From IMG/VR virus record IMGVR_UViG_3300017655_000259, positions 1 to 27,369 of that record: a stretch of 27,369 nt of DNA. One strand, given 5' to 3'. The position numbers and the translations under genes were made by a program. The notes beneath the pieces were generated by a model. That model had not been told where the DNA came from and searched no databases. It worked only from the letters and a program-made list of their open reading frames with translations. The stretch is from a virus (taxonomy: Duplodnaviria; Caudoviricetes). Of this stretch, positions 26,417-27,369 are shown one piece after another (within the stretch, counting starts at the first letter, position 1; each line of letters starts with the position of its first letter).

Positions 26417-27369
26417 ACGTCATCCGCAAGGAGGTTGTCAGCGCGGGCCCGGCCACCGTCGAAACCTTATGGGAGCTCTACCGGGAAGAAAAGAAGGGGC
26501 GCCGGGTAGCCGACGCCATGAAGTTCGAGTGGAAGGCCATAGGCCCTCACTTTGGTCACCTGAGGCCGGAACAGATCACCATCGAAACCTGTCGTGCCTA
26601 CACCAAGAAGCGTCAGGCAACGATGCTGCCACGGGGCAAGGGAAAACCGCCCCGCCCGGTGCATGACGGTACGATATGGACTGAACTCGGCCACCTCCGA
26701 ACGGTGATGGTCTGGGCGGCAGACAAGAAGCACCTCATCGCAAAGGCTCCTGACATCGAGAGGCCGGCAAAGCCGAGTGCCAAGGATCGCTGGCTCTCTG
26801 ACGCCGAAATCTCGAAGCTTCTGGACGCCAAGGCGGAAGCGCATATCAAGCTGGCAATCCTGATCATGCTATCGACGGCGGCACGCGTCGGCGCCGTGCT
26901 TGAACTAACTTGGGACCGGGTGGATTTCGACAGTGGCGTCATCAACCTCCGCACCACCGACGTGGGGCCGCGAAAAGGTCGCGCTATCGTTCCTATGAAT
27001 GATGGGCTGAGGGCGGCACTCTCAACTGCCAAGTCCATGGCGATGTCGAGCTTCGTTATCGAGTGGGGAGGCCCGCGCTTTGACGAAGCCGGGAACGAAA
27101 TCCCGGTGAAGTCGATCAAGACTGGGTTCAACGCGGCAGTGGCCGACGCCGGTTTGACGCGCGTATCGCCTCATGTCCTCCGGCACACCGCCGCCGTGCA
27201 TTTGGCGGTCGCGGGAACGCCAATGAGCCGCATTGCTCAGTATCTCGGCCATTCCTCCACGGCGGTCACCGAGCGGGTCTATGCCAGATTCGCGCCGGAG
27301 CATTTGCGGGAGGAGGCCAATATCCTTGACTTCACACAGAAGCCAAAGCTGGTGCAGAACGCAAACTGA
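26290..27369 (+). CDS. int: Tyrosine recombinase / phage integrase
   Basis: Catalytic set R (TAARVGA), K (RKGR), HxxR (HVLRH), H (LGH) and Y (VYAR) all present. Confidence 0.95.
   Translation: MPDDYRIGRLNGRFVVSWWVDGKRKRYRLDALTAKDAEREALDVIRKEVVSAGPATVETLWELYREEKKGRRVADAMKFEWKAIGPHFGHLRPEQITIETCRAYTKKRQATMLPRGKGKPPRPVHDGTIWTELGHLRTVMVWAADKKHLIAKAPDIERPAKPSAKDRWLSDAEISKLLDAKAEAHIKLAILIMLSTAARVGAVLELTWDRVDFDSGVINLRTTDVGPRKGRAIVPMNDGLRAALSTAKSMAMSSFVIEWGGPRFDEAGNEIPVKSIKTGFNAAVADAGLTRVSPHVLRHTAAVHLAVAGTPMSRIAQYLGHSSTAVTERVYARFAPEHLREEANILDFTQKPKLVQNAN

Larger units (their letters stand above)
1..27369. mobile_element. Defective (internally deleted) HK97/lambdoid prophage
   Basis: Integrase and xis at the right end, early recombination genes, primase-helicase, terminase/portal, head-tail, tail and lysis genes in canonical order. 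No capsid, tail tube or repressor recognised. No att sites identified in the window. Confidence 0.93.

Noticed and set aside
1-27369. CRISPR array, DGR/reverse transcriptase, invertase shufflon, att repeats
   Set aside because: No regularly spaced repeats, RT or serine-invertase motifs, or terminal direct repeats were seen; the window ends at gene boundaries.

Overview
The whole window is a lambdoid/HK97-type siphoviral prophage, probably from an alphaproteobacterium (GC-rich, alpha-type LexA box, GcrA-like HTH). On the minus strand, right to left: primase-helicase, late regulators, a structured intergenic array, HNH genes, cos region, terminase, portal, head-tail genes, tape measure, tail tip, tail fibre, a beta-propeller glycosidase-like protein and a GH19 lysis cassette. 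On the plus strand: an early operon (Bet fragment, NinB, HNH, ASCH-like, small ORFs) ending in xis and an intact tyrosine integrase. The element looks defective. Four readable deletion junctions (about 7970, 10505, 13760 and 19752) fuse partial genes, and no capsid, protease, tail tube or repressor gene was recognised. NinB also carries a TAG where Trp is expected. The most interesting signals are an array of tRNA-like multibranch RNA units in the late leader (16293-16970), a Tat-signal/dual-start beta-propeller gene in the tail-fibre slot, an in-frame TerL-portal chimera, an HNH replacement cassette with an RBS-sequestering hairpin, a LexA-boxed divergent gene pair, and a possible RNA switch upstream of the endolysin. 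All product calls come from motif recognition and gene order; no searches were run.
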